IMG/VR virus record: IMGVR_UViG_3300033146_003955
Coordinates: 94,813 to 158,812 of that record
From: a virus
Reading direction: 5' to 3' (one strand)
DNA length: 64,000 nucleotides
The position numbers and the translations under genes are program-made. The notes under the pieces were generated by a model, which saw only the letters and a program-made list of their open reading frames with translations, did not search any database and had not been told where the DNA came from. Positions 20,126 to 30,620 of the stretch are shown in pieces (the first letter of the stretch is position 1; every line of letters starts with the position of its first letter).

Positions 20126-21736
20126 ATGATATTAAAAGTAAATGGTATAACAGTTGAAACGAAAATAAAATATACAACTGTTAGAGGTGCTAATTCCATT
20201 AAAATAAATGGAAATTATATATTAAAAAAAAATGATAATATAATATTTAAATGTTGTATATGCAATAAAGAAAAAAATCAAAAATTTAGATTTAAACCCA
20301 AATTTATAGAAGATGATATAATATGTGATTCATGCAATAGAAGTATAAATAATCCATTTAAAAGAAATGATGTTAAAGAAAAGATCAAAAATACAAATTT
20401 AAAACGTTATAACGTTAAAAATTCAATGCAAAATAAAGAGATATTAAAAAAAGCACAACAAAAACAAAAAGATAATAATAATGGTGTTCTAGCCTTCAAT
20501 TCAGATAAACAAAAAAAAACCTTAAAAAAAAAATATGGTAATGAAGTAATATTTAAAACGCAACACTTTAAAGAAAAAACAAAAAAAACTTTATTAAAAA
20601 ATTATGGCGTTGAAAATCCAATGAAATCTGATATTATTAAAAATAAAACCAAATCTACAATGAAAAAACGATATGGAAACGAAATAATATATAAATCTAT
20701 TTATTTTAAAAAAAAATCTAAAAAAACAATACAAGAAAGATATGGTGTAGATTATATTATACAAAATCCCGAAATTAAAGAAAAAATAGAAAATACCATG
20801 ATTACGCGTTATGGATCTAAAACATTTTTAACATCAAATAGATATATTGCTATGGGAATTAATACTAATACATCTAAAACTCATTATGAAATAATTTCAT
20901 TTATTAAAAGTTTTAATATAACAAATATTAAAATAAATAATAGAAAAATTATATCTCCTATGGAACTAGATATTTATTTGCCTGATCATAATATCGCTAT
21001 TGAATTTGATGGTCTTTACTGGCACTCTGATAAGTTTAAAGAGAAAAACTATCATATCAATAAAACCCTTCAGTGTGAGGCTAAAAACATTCATCTTATA
21101 CACATCTTTGAAGATGAGTGGGCTAACAAGAGAGGAATAATTGAAGCTCGGTTAAAAAATCTTTTAGGTTTAAACTCTAAAAGAATTGGAGCCAGAAAAA
21201 CTATAATAAAAGAAATTAGCCCTAAAGTTAAAAATGCTTTCTTAGAAAAACATCATATACAAGGAGAAGATAAAAGTAATATTAAGTTGGGTGCTTATTA
21301 TAGGAACGAATTAATTGGTGTTATGACTTTTTCTAAACCTAGAATATTTATGAGCAAAAAAGCTAAAGATGGAAGTTGGGAACTTAGTAGATTTGCTACT
21401 ATACCGGATACATATACACCAGGATTAGCTTCTAAAATGCTTAAATATTTTGAGAGAGGTTGGAATCCTAAGCTGATAGAATCATTTGCAGATAGAAGAT
21501 GGAGCCAAGGTAATTTATATAAAAAATTAGGTTTTGAACTTGCAAGTCAAACTAATCCTAATTATTATTATTTTAAAAATTTAAAACGATGGCATAGATA
21601 TAAATTTAGAAAATCAGAACTTACCAAGTTTGATAATTATACACCAGAAAAGACTGAGAAAGAAATAATGAACGAAGCCGGATGGGGTAGAATATATGAT
21701 TGTGGTAATTATAAATTTACAAAAGATTATTTTTAG
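20126..21736 (+). CDS. putative homing endonuclease: YGV repeats + PD-(D/E)XK nuclease + Mom/GNAT-like C-terminal domain
   Basis: KKYG repeats; ELDIYLP..IAIEFDGLYWHS; FLEKHHIQG...ELSRFA...SFADRRWSQGNLYKKLGF...IYDCG. Confidence 0.75.
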   Translation: MILKVNGITVETKIKYTTVRGANSIKINGNYILKKNDNIIFKCCICNKEKNQKFRFKPKFIEDDIICDSCNRSINNPFKRNDVKEKIKNTNLKRYNVKNSMQNKEILKKAQQKQKDNNNGVLAFNSDKQKKTLKKKYGNEVIFKTQHFKEKTKKTLLKNYGVENPMKSDIIKNKTKSTMKKRYGNEIIYKSIYFKKKSKKTIQERYGVDYIIQNPEIKEKIENTMITRYGSKTFLTSNRYIAMGINTNTSKTHYEIISFIKSFNITNIKINNRKIISPMELDIYLPDHNIAIEFDGLYWHSDKFKEKNYHINKTLQCEAKNIHLIHIFEDEWANKRGIIEARLKNLLGLNSKRIGARKTIIKEISPKVKNAFLEKHHIQGEDKSNIKLGAYYRNELIGVMTFSKPRIFMSKKAKDGSWELSRFATIPDTYTPGLASKMLKYFERGWNPKLIESFADRRWSQGNLYKKLGFELASQTNPNYYYFKNLKRWHRYKFRKSELTKFDNYTPEKTEKEIMNEAGWGRIYDCGNYKFTKDYF

Positions 21737-21953
21737 TCGTCTCTATTAAAAGGATTTGTTCTATAAGTTCAGACGGGAGCCATATACTTTCTTTTTTAGG
21801 AAAAACTGTTTCAACGTTCCACACACTTTTCTCAACAACCCAGCCATTCTTTTCTTGTTCAAATTCATAAGATATAATTGTTTTATTATCATCGCTTCGC
21901 ATCTCAGCTTTATGAACCGTTTTCTCTTCTTTGCTCAACTTATATTTACCCAT
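21717..21953 (-). CDS. hypothetical protein
   Basis: last gene of the - strand run, converges on the endonuclease. Confidence 0.55.
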   Translation of the reverse strand: MGKYKLSKEEKTVHKAEMRSDDNKTIISYEFEQEKNGWVVEKSVWNVETVFPKKESIWLPSELIEQILLIETTKNNLL

Positions 21954-21968
21954 ATAAATAACTATGCT

Positions 21969-22820
21969 TCAATTTGGATCATCATTGGGGTCATATGATG
22001 CTCTATATACTTCTAACGCCCAATGTCCATGTGCGTTTTCTACACCTACAACATCCGGTATTGTTACTTCTGCACGAAAAATAGTCCCAGGAGGGGCAGG
22101 ATTTTCTGCTGCACTCTCAGTATTTAACTCATCTCCCATTGGACACGAGCCTTCCATATGATATTTTACCACCCAATGCATAAATGGTACAGGAAGAGGA
22201 CCAGCTAATTGATATGATTTAACAATATTTTGTTTGGAGTCTAATACTTTTTTAGGGAAGTATGAACCACCAGGAGATACAAGCCAAAGATCAATATATG
22301 AACCTTTAGGCATGTTGAAGAAATAGAATGTTCCTTCTTTAATATAAACATAACTTGAATAAGTCCAATCTATTCTTTGTCTTTTAAAACCAGCAGGAGC
22401 ATCAATCCATCTTGTATCATTTCCGGGAGCTGCAAAATCATAAACAAAATCTACACCACTACCCATTTTACCAGTTATCATGTCATCACCAGCGCCAGAA
22501 AATACTACATCCCAATTGTTACGTCTAGAATCAGATCTAACAACCCATCGCCCTAACTCGTCAACTTCTGTAGCACGTTGTATTTTTCTAATGAGATCAA
22601 GGCCTTCGGAAAGTGAAAGGTCTCTCAACCCATCACTTACCTGAATTTTATCTGTACCCATTATTAAAAGTTCTAATAAATCGTCAGATGATGCTAATTC
22701 TATTAATCTGCTTTCATTGCCGCCCAGATCTATAGCACCATTAGCAAGGATTTTAACGTCTCCTAAGTCTGATATAATAAATTCTTCATCTGTATGGTTT
22801 TTTATAATTCTTTGTGCCAT
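21969..22820 (-). CDS. virion protein, KN...DLG N-module family
   Basis: IIKNHTDEEFIISDLG N-terminus shared with five paralogues; GGAG RBS. Confidence 0.6.
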   Translation of the reverse strand: MAQRIIKNHTDEEFIISDLGDVKILANGAIDLGGNESRLIELASSDDLLELLIMGTDKIQVSDGLRDLSLSEGLDLIRKIQRATEVDELGRWVVRSDSRRNNWDVVFSGAGDDMITGKMGSGVDFVYDFAAPGNDTRWIDAPAGFKRQRIDWTYSSYVYIKEGTFYFFNMPKGSYIDLWLVSPGGSYFPKKVLDSKQNIVKSYQLAGPLPVPFMHWVVKYHMEGSCPMGDELNTESAAENPAPPGTIFRAEVTIPDVVGVENAHGHWALEVYRASYDPNDDPN

Positions 22821-22839
22821 TTAATACTCCATTACTTTT

Positions 22840-23067
22840 TTACAATGTCCAAGACTTTATTTTTTCGCTTAATAATAATTTAATTATTTGCCGATTTAAA
22901 TCTGAATCACCCGTTATAGGATCTTCAAACTTAAAATGATATTCTTTTTTTTCATATACTTCATTGGTTTCAGGATAAAACAACAAACATTTAATTATTT
23001 TATCCTCCAATATTTCTATAGGAACTACCAAACCATCAAACGTATAAATTCTATACAATTCAATCAT
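22840..23067 (-). CDS. small protein with C-terminal hydrophobic motif
   Basis: RQIIKLLL near C-terminus. Confidence 0.6.
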   Translation of the reverse strand: MIELYRIYTFDGLVVPIEILEDKIIKCLLFYPETNEVYEKKEYHFKFEDPITGDSDLNRQIIKLLLSEKIKSWTL

Positions 23068-23249
23068 ACTAACTCCAGCTGCTCTTTAAATAACATCTTA
23101 ATTAATGCCCCTTTATTTAGGTTATCTTCTAACTCCCCTTCCAATACTTCTTCAATTTCTTCTTTTATTTTTGTATGAGCAACTTTCGCTATCTTCTCGC
23201 CAAATAATAACTCGTATTCTCTTATAATATAGGTAAAATTAGTAATCAT
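23064..23249 (-). CDS. small protein with C-terminal hydrophobic motif
   Basis: ALIKMLF; coupled to next gene. Confidence 0.55.
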   Translation of the reverse strand: MITNFTYIIREYELLFGEKIAKVAHTKIKEEIEEVLEGELEDNLNKGALIKMLFKEQLELV

Positions 23250-23264
23250 ACTGAATAAGTTTAA

Positions 23265-25391
23265 TCATATTCGCCTCTTAACTATTGCCCAGGCTTGTGG
23301 TCTATCAGCATCATTATCATGACCATCCATATAAAAACTTAATATATCATTTTCATTAAAATTTACATTTAAATTATTAACACTATTTTTATAATCATTA
23401 TTATAATATACTCGTGCACTAGTATTATTACCATTTTTTCTAATAACAATTGAATTTGAACAATTATCATCATTACTCACAATACTCATGGCTACTATAA
23501 CACCATCCCATGGAGCACACCACCCAATATGATTATTCATTGATGTTCCATTAAACATTTTTAAATATTTATCTTTAACATTATTAGCGTTATATCCACC
23601 ACCAATTGTCATACTGAATGTAGATACCCAACTACTTCTTGTAGCATCGTATAAATATAATTCACCATCTCTTATACATAACTCTCCACCACTTAACCAT
23701 CGATTAGGAGTGTATCCAAGAGGTGGAAGTTTAATAGGTGCAAATCCTCTAGACGCATTAAATTCTACACTTCCTGCATCTACACTTATTATTCTACCTT
23801 CACCATTACTATACATATTGTTATTATCATAAGCATCATCTAGACTAATCAATCCACCACCTAAATCGCTATGTGTATGGAGCCCAGCAGCATCGCTTCC
23901 ATTTGTTAGGGTCTCCAATTCAACTCCTGTCACGTTAGTTGTAGAATCATTAGAGCTAATTCTATTATAATCTATCCCATTTAATAAATTATCGGTTTGT
24001 GTTTTTGAATAATACCTTTCATCATGATTATGAAATACATTAGCATAAGTATCTAGTAAATCATCAGTTTCATCTTCTGTATAATATCTCCCATCATGGT
24101 TATGAAGATCGGTATCTTGTCCAGATGTTAATTCATCTGCACTATCTTGTGATATCGGATGTGATACATTAGTAACTGGTGGGGAAGTATTATTTGCCAA
24201 CCATATCCATCCGTTAACTTCATCATTCCAAGTATAAAAACCTTCATCGTACGTTATACCATAAAAAGATCCATTGATTATAGTTTGAAAATCATTTTCA
24301 GATAATTCACCTTCTTGTAAGAAAAATTCATCTATTTTAATTGAATCATCAGGGCCATGTTGTTCTTCTATATTATATCCAAAATAAAGATAATCACTTT
24401 CCTGCACAATTGTTCCACCATCATTAAGAGATTCTTCTTTATTTAAGATACCATTTATATAAATCTTTACCATTTTAGATACATTTGAATAAGAAAAACC
24501 TATATGTGTCCATGTATCTTTAGATATTTTTGTTGGTGCATGAGGTTCTTTGTGACCTTCATCCGTACCAACCCAAAATTTAGGTCTTCCATCTTTTAGC
24601 AAAAGATACATTCCTTTTTTAGGACCTTTTTTCCACATATGAAATAAAGGATTATACTTCTCATAATGATCTACAGTACTATAAATCCACATTCCACCTG
24701 ATATTTCTCCTGGTGTAAATGACTTAACTGTCGGCGAATATCTAGCCCTCTCATCATCTGTTCCATCACCATCCCAGCCACGAAATGAAACGGCTTGATT
24801 TACTCTACCTTCAGACCAAACTGCAATATTACTATTAATAGTTTCAGTATAATTCCCAACTTCATCATCGAAATTACCATCTAATTTAGTGAAAAGAATA
24901 GTATCATCATTTATGGTGTATTGACCATCATTATTACCGTCACCACTTGTACCTCTAACAATCCATATTTCACCTTCAACTCCAGTTGCTGGTAAATTAT
25001 CCTTATAATCAACAGCACCCTTTATACCAAATGCAGCAGCATTAGAAATCATCCCATCAATTTGTGCTTGTGTATAATATGCCGAACTATGATCATGTAT
25101 CAAAGGCGCTTTTTCACTTAACAAATTATCAGTTTCAGTAATATTATAGTAACCAGATAAATCTGTATTTAAACTTAAATATATTATGGCTTCTTCCGGA
25201 ATTAAATCGTTAGAACCATTATTTACAACAATTGAATTATCGTTTATTAAAGAAATTAACTCGGTAGAATCTTCAAACTCTAATATATCAGTCCAATTAA
25301 GAGTAATTTCTTCTCCTACTCCAACTCTTATTCCTAAATTGGCTAGTTTTATTTCTGATGCAGTTGTATTTTTTAAAATTACTATATTCAC
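23265..25391 (-). CDS. fibre-like virion protein with LamG domain
   Basis: N-module, LamG (WTHIGFSY...KIYINGIL), HxHDxRYY repeats, shared C-module. Confidence 0.75.
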   Translation of the reverse strand: MNIVILKNTTASEIKLANLGIRVGVGEEITLNWTDILEFEDSTELISLINDNSIVVNNGSNDLIPEEAIIYLSLNTDLSGYYNITETDNLLSEKAPLIHDHSSAYYTQAQIDGMISNAAAFGIKGAVDYKDNLPATGVEGEIWIVRGTSGDGNNDGQYTINDDTILFTKLDGNFDDEVGNYTETINSNIAVWSEGRVNQAVSFRGWDGDGTDDERARYSPTVKSFTPGEISGGMWIYSTVDHYEKYNPLFHMWKKGPKKGMYLLLKDGRPKFWVGTDEGHKEPHAPTKISKDTWTHIGFSYSNVSKMVKIYINGILNKEESLNDGGTIVQESDYLYFGYNIEEQHGPDDSIKIDEFFLQEGELSENDFQTIINGSFYGITYDEGFYTWNDEVNGWIWLANNTSPPVTNVSHPISQDSADELTSGQDTDLHNHDGRYYTEDETDDLLDTYANVFHNHDERYYSKTQTDNLLNGIDYNRISSNDSTTNVTGVELETLTNGSDAAGLHTHSDLGGGLISLDDAYDNNNMYSNGEGRIISVDAGSVEFNASRGFAPIKLPPLGYTPNRWLSGGELCIRDGELYLYDATRSSWVSTFSMTIGGGYNANNVKDKYLKMFNGTSMNNHIGWCAPWDGVIVAMSIVSNDDNCSNSIVIRKNGNNTSARVYYNNDYKNSVNNLNVNFNENDILSFYMDGHDNDADRPQAWAIVKRRI

Positions 25392-25394
25392 AAT

Positions 25395-25655
25395 TTAAAC
25401 TCCATTAAAAACTTCTTGTATTATTTGTTTTTGAGCATCTTCCATAGTATTACATCTATCTTTGGCTTTAATTTTTTCATCAAAATCATTATTAAGCCAA
25501 TATAATAAGTCATCTTCTTCATCACTCATATATGTATATACATCAATTATATTATTAGTAATAACCCTGTTACTTATAGTATCATAGTTAATAATAAATA
25601 TATCAGCATATTCTATTCCATCTGGCTTTAAAACGTACCCAGTATATTTAATCAT
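25395..25655 (-). CDS. small protein with C-terminal hydrophobic motif
   Basis: KQIIQEVF. Confidence 0.6.
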   Translation of the reverse strand: MIKYTGYVLKPDGIEYADIFIINYDTISNRVITNNIIDVYTYMSDEEDDLLYWLNNDFDEKIKAKDRCNTMEDAQKQIIQEVFNGV

Positions 25656-25656
25656 A

Positions 25657-28600
25657 TTATTTTCTCCATGCCAATTCTATTGTAAAGACAGCATCATGTA
25701 ATGCAGCTCCTTGATTAGTAACATATACACTAATATAATCACCTTCATTTAAATCATAATTTAAGGAATTATTTAATACTTTACCGTTTGAATCTGTATT
25801 TAAAGAGAAGGCTAAATTACCATTTACTTCTACCTGTATTTCTTTATTATTTATTGAATTAGAGGTTTCTACTGATACTCCTAATATACATGCATCATGC
25901 AACATTTTAATTCCTGATCTCCAATCCTTCATCCCTCCAGGTAAAGATAACGTTGTACCATCAGAATTATTATTTTTTGCGTATACTACCAACTTTGAAG
26001 GACTCAACCATTTATTCCTATTGCCATCATATATATAAAGTATATTATCTATAATTGATATCTGTCCTGCACCAAGATTAGTAGTTGGAGTAGCTGCTAA
26101 ACTAGTTAATTCTAATGGTGCGTCTGTTGAGGTCGAAGCATTTAATTTTACCGGTCCATCATCAACTGTAATTTCTTTTCCATTATCATATGCTTCATCT
26201 AATGTCGAGGAGGTTAAACTTACCTGATTTCTTAATTCTTGTAAAGCGTCTTGTACGTTATTAGATGTTATACCACCAATAAGAGATACACCGATCAATG
26301 CTGCTCCCGATATTCCGGAATCTGAGTTTAGCTCACTCTCAGTATAATATCTATCGTCGTGTATATGAACTAAATTAGCTTTTCCAGCTAGAAGACTATT
26401 TATTTCATTTTCTGTATAATATCTATCGTCATGTAAGTGAGTTGTAAGTGAATAATTACTTAAAAAAGTATCTATTTCACTTTCTGTATAATATAAATTA
26501 TCATGGTTGTGTACTAAAGTGGCATATCCTAAAAGAATAGTATCAACTTCTGTTTCTGTATAATATAGAGTATTCAGTTGTCCACCATTTAATTCTACTT
26601 TAGAATAATAATTTGATACTATTTCACTTTCTGTATAATATCTATCATCATGTGTATGGGAAGTTAAAGAATAGTTATCTAAGAGGGTATCAACTTCTGT
26701 TTCTGTATAATACCTATCATCGTGTGTATGGGAAGTTAAAGAATAATTACTTAATAAAGTATCAACTTCTGTTTCTGTATAATACCTATCATCATGTGTA
26801 TGAGATGTCAAAGAATAGTTATCTAAGAGGGTATCAACTTCTGTTTCTGTATAATACCTATCATCATGTATATGAGATGTTAAAGAATAATTACTTAATA
26901 AAGTATCAACTTCTGTTTCTGTATAATATCTGTCATCATGTATATGAGATGTAAGAGAGTAGTTATTTAGGAGAGTATCAACTTCTGTTTCTGTATAATA
27001 TCTGTCATCATGTATATGAGATGTAAGAGAGTAGTTATTTAGGAGAGTATCAACTTCTGTTTCTGTATAATATAAACTATCATGGTGATGTCTGCTGGAT
27101 GCATCATTACCATCAACTAAATCAGATTTTTCATATCTATTTATATGTCTATAATCTTCTGTGTCTAATCCTAATAATGAATTATGAAAAATTCCTCCAT
27201 TATTAAAATCCAACCAAACCCACTCTGTTCCATCCCATCTATAAAAACCTTCTTCTCTATATCCAGTAAATTGTTCATTGTTAACAAGCTCTTGTAATTG
27301 AATATCAGAATAAGTTGATTTTTCTAAAAACAATTCATCTATTTCACCATCTATTCTATGACTATAATATTTACCGATATCAAGTACATTAGGAATATTC
27401 CCTAAAGGACCATCAAAGACACCTTGTCCTATTACTATTGCATTCTTCCATAATTTTATTGTTGTTCCATCAAATGTTATTGCTACATGCGTCCATTCGT
27501 TTAATTTTATTCTTGAATATGATATTACTTTTATTAAAGGAGTTGTTTCGCTTTTTAACCACACTTCAACTCTACCATCTCTAATTAACAAAGCCCAAGC
27601 ATTAGCAGAAGAACCATTGCCCCAAGCATCAAATATAGACATAACCTGATCATATGAGTTAGGTTTAAGCCAACAACCAGCAGTAAATGCCCCACCAACA
27701 TTAAAATCAGGAGAGTTCGGAACTCTTACATATCCATCATTTAAATCACCTGACTGGCCGTTTCTGCCTGCTTGATAAGTTATTCCACCACCGTGGTAAC
27801 TAGTTGGGTGGCCTATCTCATCATTAATATTATTATCAAATTTCATAAAAAAAGCAGTATTACTATTTTGTACATATGCTCCACCATAGTTTGGTGGTTC
27901 AGGAATTCCATTTCTTTCCCTTACAATGTAGACATCTCCTTCGGTATTTCCAGTTAAAGGTAAATCTCTAAATTGATCATGTGAACCTTTAATTCCTTTA
28001 GACTCTAGACCAACAAGCATTGAATCAATCGTCGGCTTATCATAATAATTGTTTACAATTTCTGTTTCTGTGTAATAAAGAGTATTTAACTGTCCGCTAT
28101 CCAACTCAATTTTAGAATAATAATTAGTAGATATTTCACTTTCTGTAAAATATCTATCATCGTGAGTATGTAAAACAGTATTATTTCCACCTGTAAGTTC
28201 AGTGTATTCTAGAGCTGTTAAATGTAGATAATCTCCAATATTTAAATTATTTAATGAATTATGATCTGAAGTACCTATATTATTAGCAAGAAAAGTCCAG
28301 CCACTTCCGTCCCATCTATAAAAACCTTCTTCATTTATGCCTACAGTTGTTTTGACTATATATATAGTTCCTATGTTTTGCGTTATAGGAAGATTACTAT
28401 AAGTATCTACATATCCTTTAATTCCAAATGAAGCAGCTGCAATTATTAAATCAATTTCATTTTCTGTATAATATCTATCGTCATGTATATGAGATGTCAA
28501 AGAATAATTACTTAATAAAGTATCAACTTCTGTTTCTGTATAATACCTATCATCGTGTATGTGAGATGTAAGAGAGTAGTTATTTAGGAGAGTATCAACT

Positions 28601-29199
28601 TCTGTTTCTGTGTAATATAGAGTATTCAGTTGTCCATCATTTAATTCTACTTTAGAATAATAATTTGATACTATTTCACTTTCAGTAAAATATCTATCAT
28701 CATGAACATGAGTTGTAAGAGAGTAATTATTTAAGAGAGTATCAACTTCTGTTTCTGTATAATATCTGTCGTCATGTATATGAGGCGTTGCAGGAAATGT
28801 TGCAGGAGTATTTACTATATTAGTCCAATCAACTTGTGATTGTCCCGGGGATAAAAGTTCCGCTTTCCTGTAATACCAATCATCATGATGATGCCAATTA
28901 CATTGAGTACCCGACGTTAAAGAAAGAGCTTGCATGTCTGTAAGATTATTTACTTCAGCACCTTCTTCTATTGTATCTAATTTATCTCCGTCTACAGATA
29001 CATCTCGGCCATCTATTATCATTGTATGAGGATCTAATTGATGTTCATCATCACGCATAATAAATATTGGTATTTGCGCGTCTACTAATTGCCCAGTATG
29101 TTGTTCTCCACCTAATTCATGGGGTGAGGACATAATATCAACCGGTAAACGGTGATTGATTGGTGGGATGCCGTCAAGTTCGTTTATATTAAAAGGCAC
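25657..29199 (-). CDS. fibre protein with HDDRYYTETE repeats and LamG domain
   Basis: DGRDVSVDGDKLD.IE.GA fibre motif, 24-aa repeats, WTHVAITFDG LamG, shared C-module; AGGAG and AAGATAA upstream. Confidence 0.8.
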   Translation of the reverse strand: MPFNINELDGIPPINHRLPVDIMSSPHELGGEQHTGQLVDAQIPIFIMRDDEHQLDPHTMIIDGRDVSVDGDKLDTIEEGAEVNNLTDMQALSLTSGTQCNWHHHDDWYYRKAELLSPGQSQVDWTNIVNTPATFPATPHIHDDRYYTETEVDTLLNNYSLTTHVHDDRYFTESEIVSNYYSKVELNDGQLNTLYYTETEVDTLLNNYSLTSHIHDDRYYTETEVDTLLSNYSLTSHIHDDRYYTENEIDLIIAAASFGIKGYVDTYSNLPITQNIGTIYIVKTTVGINEEGFYRWDGSGWTFLANNIGTSDHNSLNNLNIGDYLHLTALEYTELTGGNNTVLHTHDDRYFTESEISTNYYSKIELDSGQLNTLYYTETEIVNNYYDKPTIDSMLVGLESKGIKGSHDQFRDLPLTGNTEGDVYIVRERNGIPEPPNYGGAYVQNSNTAFFMKFDNNINDEIGHPTSYHGGGITYQAGRNGQSGDLNDGYVRVPNSPDFNVGGAFTAGCWLKPNSYDQVMSIFDAWGNGSSANAWALLIRDGRVEVWLKSETTPLIKVISYSRIKLNEWTHVAITFDGTTIKLWKNAIVIGQGVFDGPLGNIPNVLDIGKYYSHRIDGEIDELFLEKSTYSDIQLQELVNNEQFTGYREEGFYRWDGTEWVWLDFNNGGIFHNSLLGLDTEDYRHINRYEKSDLVDGNDASSRHHHDSLYYTETEVDTLLNNYSLTSHIHDDRYYTETEVDTLLNNYSLTSHIHDDRYYTETEVDTLLSNYSLTSHIHDDRYYTETEVDTLLDNYSLTSHTHDDRYYTETEVDTLLSNYSLTSHTHDDRYYTETEVDTLLDNYSLTSHTHDDRYYTESEIVSNYYSKVELNGGQLNTLYYTETEVDTILLGYATLVHNHDNLYYTESEIDTFLSNYSLTTHLHDDRYYTENEINSLLAGKANLVHIHDDRYYTESELNSDSGISGAALIGVSLIGGITSNNVQDALQELRNQVSLTSSTLDEAYDNGKEITVDDGPVKLNASTSTDAPLELTSLAATPTTNLGAGQISIIDNILYIYDGNRNKWLSPSKLVVYAKNNNSDGTTLSLPGGMKDWRSGIKMLHDACILGVSVETSNSINNKEIQVEVNGNLAFSLNTDSNGKVLNNSLNYDLNEGDYISVYVTNQGAALHDAVFTIELAWRK
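26340..27085 (-). repeat. 72-bp tandem coding repeat (HDDRYYTETEVDTLLxNYSLTSHx); second block about 28460-28780
   Basis: TATCAACTTCTGTTTCTGTATAATA recurs every 72 bp. Confidence 0.9.
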
Positions 29200-29247
29200 G
29201 TATATTCTCCTCTACTATATTTACAATTATCTTTATAGCTGGGAAAG

Positions 29248-29493
29248 TTATTTATTGAATTTGAATAATGTATATAAAAGTTGTTTTCCTATATCTAATT
29301 CTTCTTTAGTAGGGGAATCGATAAATAATTCATCACCATCAAGTAAATTTTTCACAACACTGTTTATTCCTTGTTGAAATTTTATGACGCCATCAAAAAA
29401 ACGAATTTGTAATATAGCAGCGTGCATAACACCTATTACTTCTAACCTCTTGCTAGTACGATGGCGAAAATTACCTTGTATAATGTACATCAT
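29248..29493 (-). CDS. small protein with C-terminal hydrophobic motif
   Basis: KQLLYTLF. Confidence 0.6.
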   Translation of the reverse strand: MMYIIQGNFRHRTSKRLEVIGVMHAAILQIRFFDGVIKFQQGINSVVKNLLDGDELFIDSPTKEELDIGKQLLYTLFKFNK

Positions 29494-29735
29494 ATAAATA
29501 TTCCTCTAAAAATACTCTCAAATGCATTTGGATAAGCTTTAGATAAAGGTGTAGTATAATTCATAACATCTAAATCTTTTAAATAATGTATTACACACTC
29601 AGGTTCTTTAACATGAACATCACTAGCAAACACACTCATATCATAGTAAAATTCGTCGTCATCCTTCTCAGCCACAAAGCGATAGAATTCAAATTGTTTA
29701 GCTATATGGTTATAGTGATAATACCATTCATCCAT
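29490..29735 (-). CDS. small protein with C-terminal hydrophobic motif
   Basis: AFESIF. Confidence 0.6.
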   Translation of the reverse strand: MDEWYYHYNHIAKQFEFYRFVAEKDDDEFYYDMSVFASDVHVKEPECVIHYLKDLDVMNYTTPLSKAYPNAFESIFRGIFI

Positions 29736-29980
29736 TATTTTTCGCCCTTCTCCTTATGTATTACAAATAATTCATCTCTCTTCTTATTCAGCTTGGAGGC
29801 AACATAAGCTTTTCTATTTTTAGAAGCATTCTCCCTCTCCATCTTCATAAATTCCTTTCCCACCTTATCTAAATATTTATCCAACTCTTTATCATCTATG
29901 GAGTAGTGATCTGTCCAGGTTTTATCTGGCTGAGCGAAGTGATTTTGTTGTAATTTATGTATATCTTTTGGACTTGCCAT
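29735..29980 (-). CDS. hypothetical protein
   Basis: AAGGAG RBS. Confidence 0.65.
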   Translation of the reverse strand: MASPKDIHKLQQNHFAQPDKTWTDHYSIDDKELDKYLDKVGKEFMKMERENASKNRKAYVASKLNKKRDELFVIHKEKGEK

Positions 29981-29990
29981 TATTTACTCC

Positions 29991-30324
29991 TTAAAATTTA
30001 AAATTCTCTGGTTCTTCAAATATGAAATATACCAAAGATCGTACTGCATCTACATCATCCTCTATTCCCTCAACATCATCATCAGAGAGGGTAAATTCAA
30101 AGTCTGCCGTTGGTGGAGAAGGTATTCTTATCCTAGCAGTCTTTCTATAATTTGCTATTCTATCTTTATGTTCTTGCGTTCTTCCATCATAGATTAAATC
30201 AATATAATTCACTATTGTAGTCTGATTTGGTTCCTGTTCCCTTTGTTTTCTCTTGCCAACAGTAAAAGATTCATCACTCTTATAATATGTTATTACATAT
30301 GTTTATTACATATGTTTGTTCCAT
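29991..30324 (-). pseudogene. small gene frameshifted by a 13-bp tandem duplication
   Basis: ATTACATATGTTT x2 at 30292-30317; removing one copy joins ATG 30324 in frame to the 29991-30212 ORF. Confidence 0.6.
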
Positions 30325-30326
30325 AA

Positions 30327-30620
30327 TTAATCCACTATCTGTTCAGAGAGGCTGTATTTGAAAATGAAGTCAAAATATAATCTCTCTTTCGTTATTTTAT
30401 AATTTCTCTCTATAGGAACAAGTTCATCTTCCTTCCCTTTAATTATACCATATCTTATATGCTTGCTATAGTTTATCATCCTTTCGCCTTTAATAATCCA
30501 GCCCCATTGGTTGAAATAATTATAATCATCCCATTCGCCAGACTTCTCATATACTAAAATTTTAAGAGAATCTCCTTGCTTATCGTCATAGAGATACCAG
30601 GTACCAACTTCAAGTTTCAT
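30327..30620 (-). CDS. small protein with C-terminal hydrophobic motif
   Basis: LYFDFIF. Confidence 0.6.
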   Translation of the reverse strand: MKLEVGTWYLYDDKQGDSLKILVYEKSGEWDDYNYFNQWGWIIKGERMINYSKHIRYGIIKGKEDELVPIERNYKITKERLYFDFIFKYSLSEQIVD

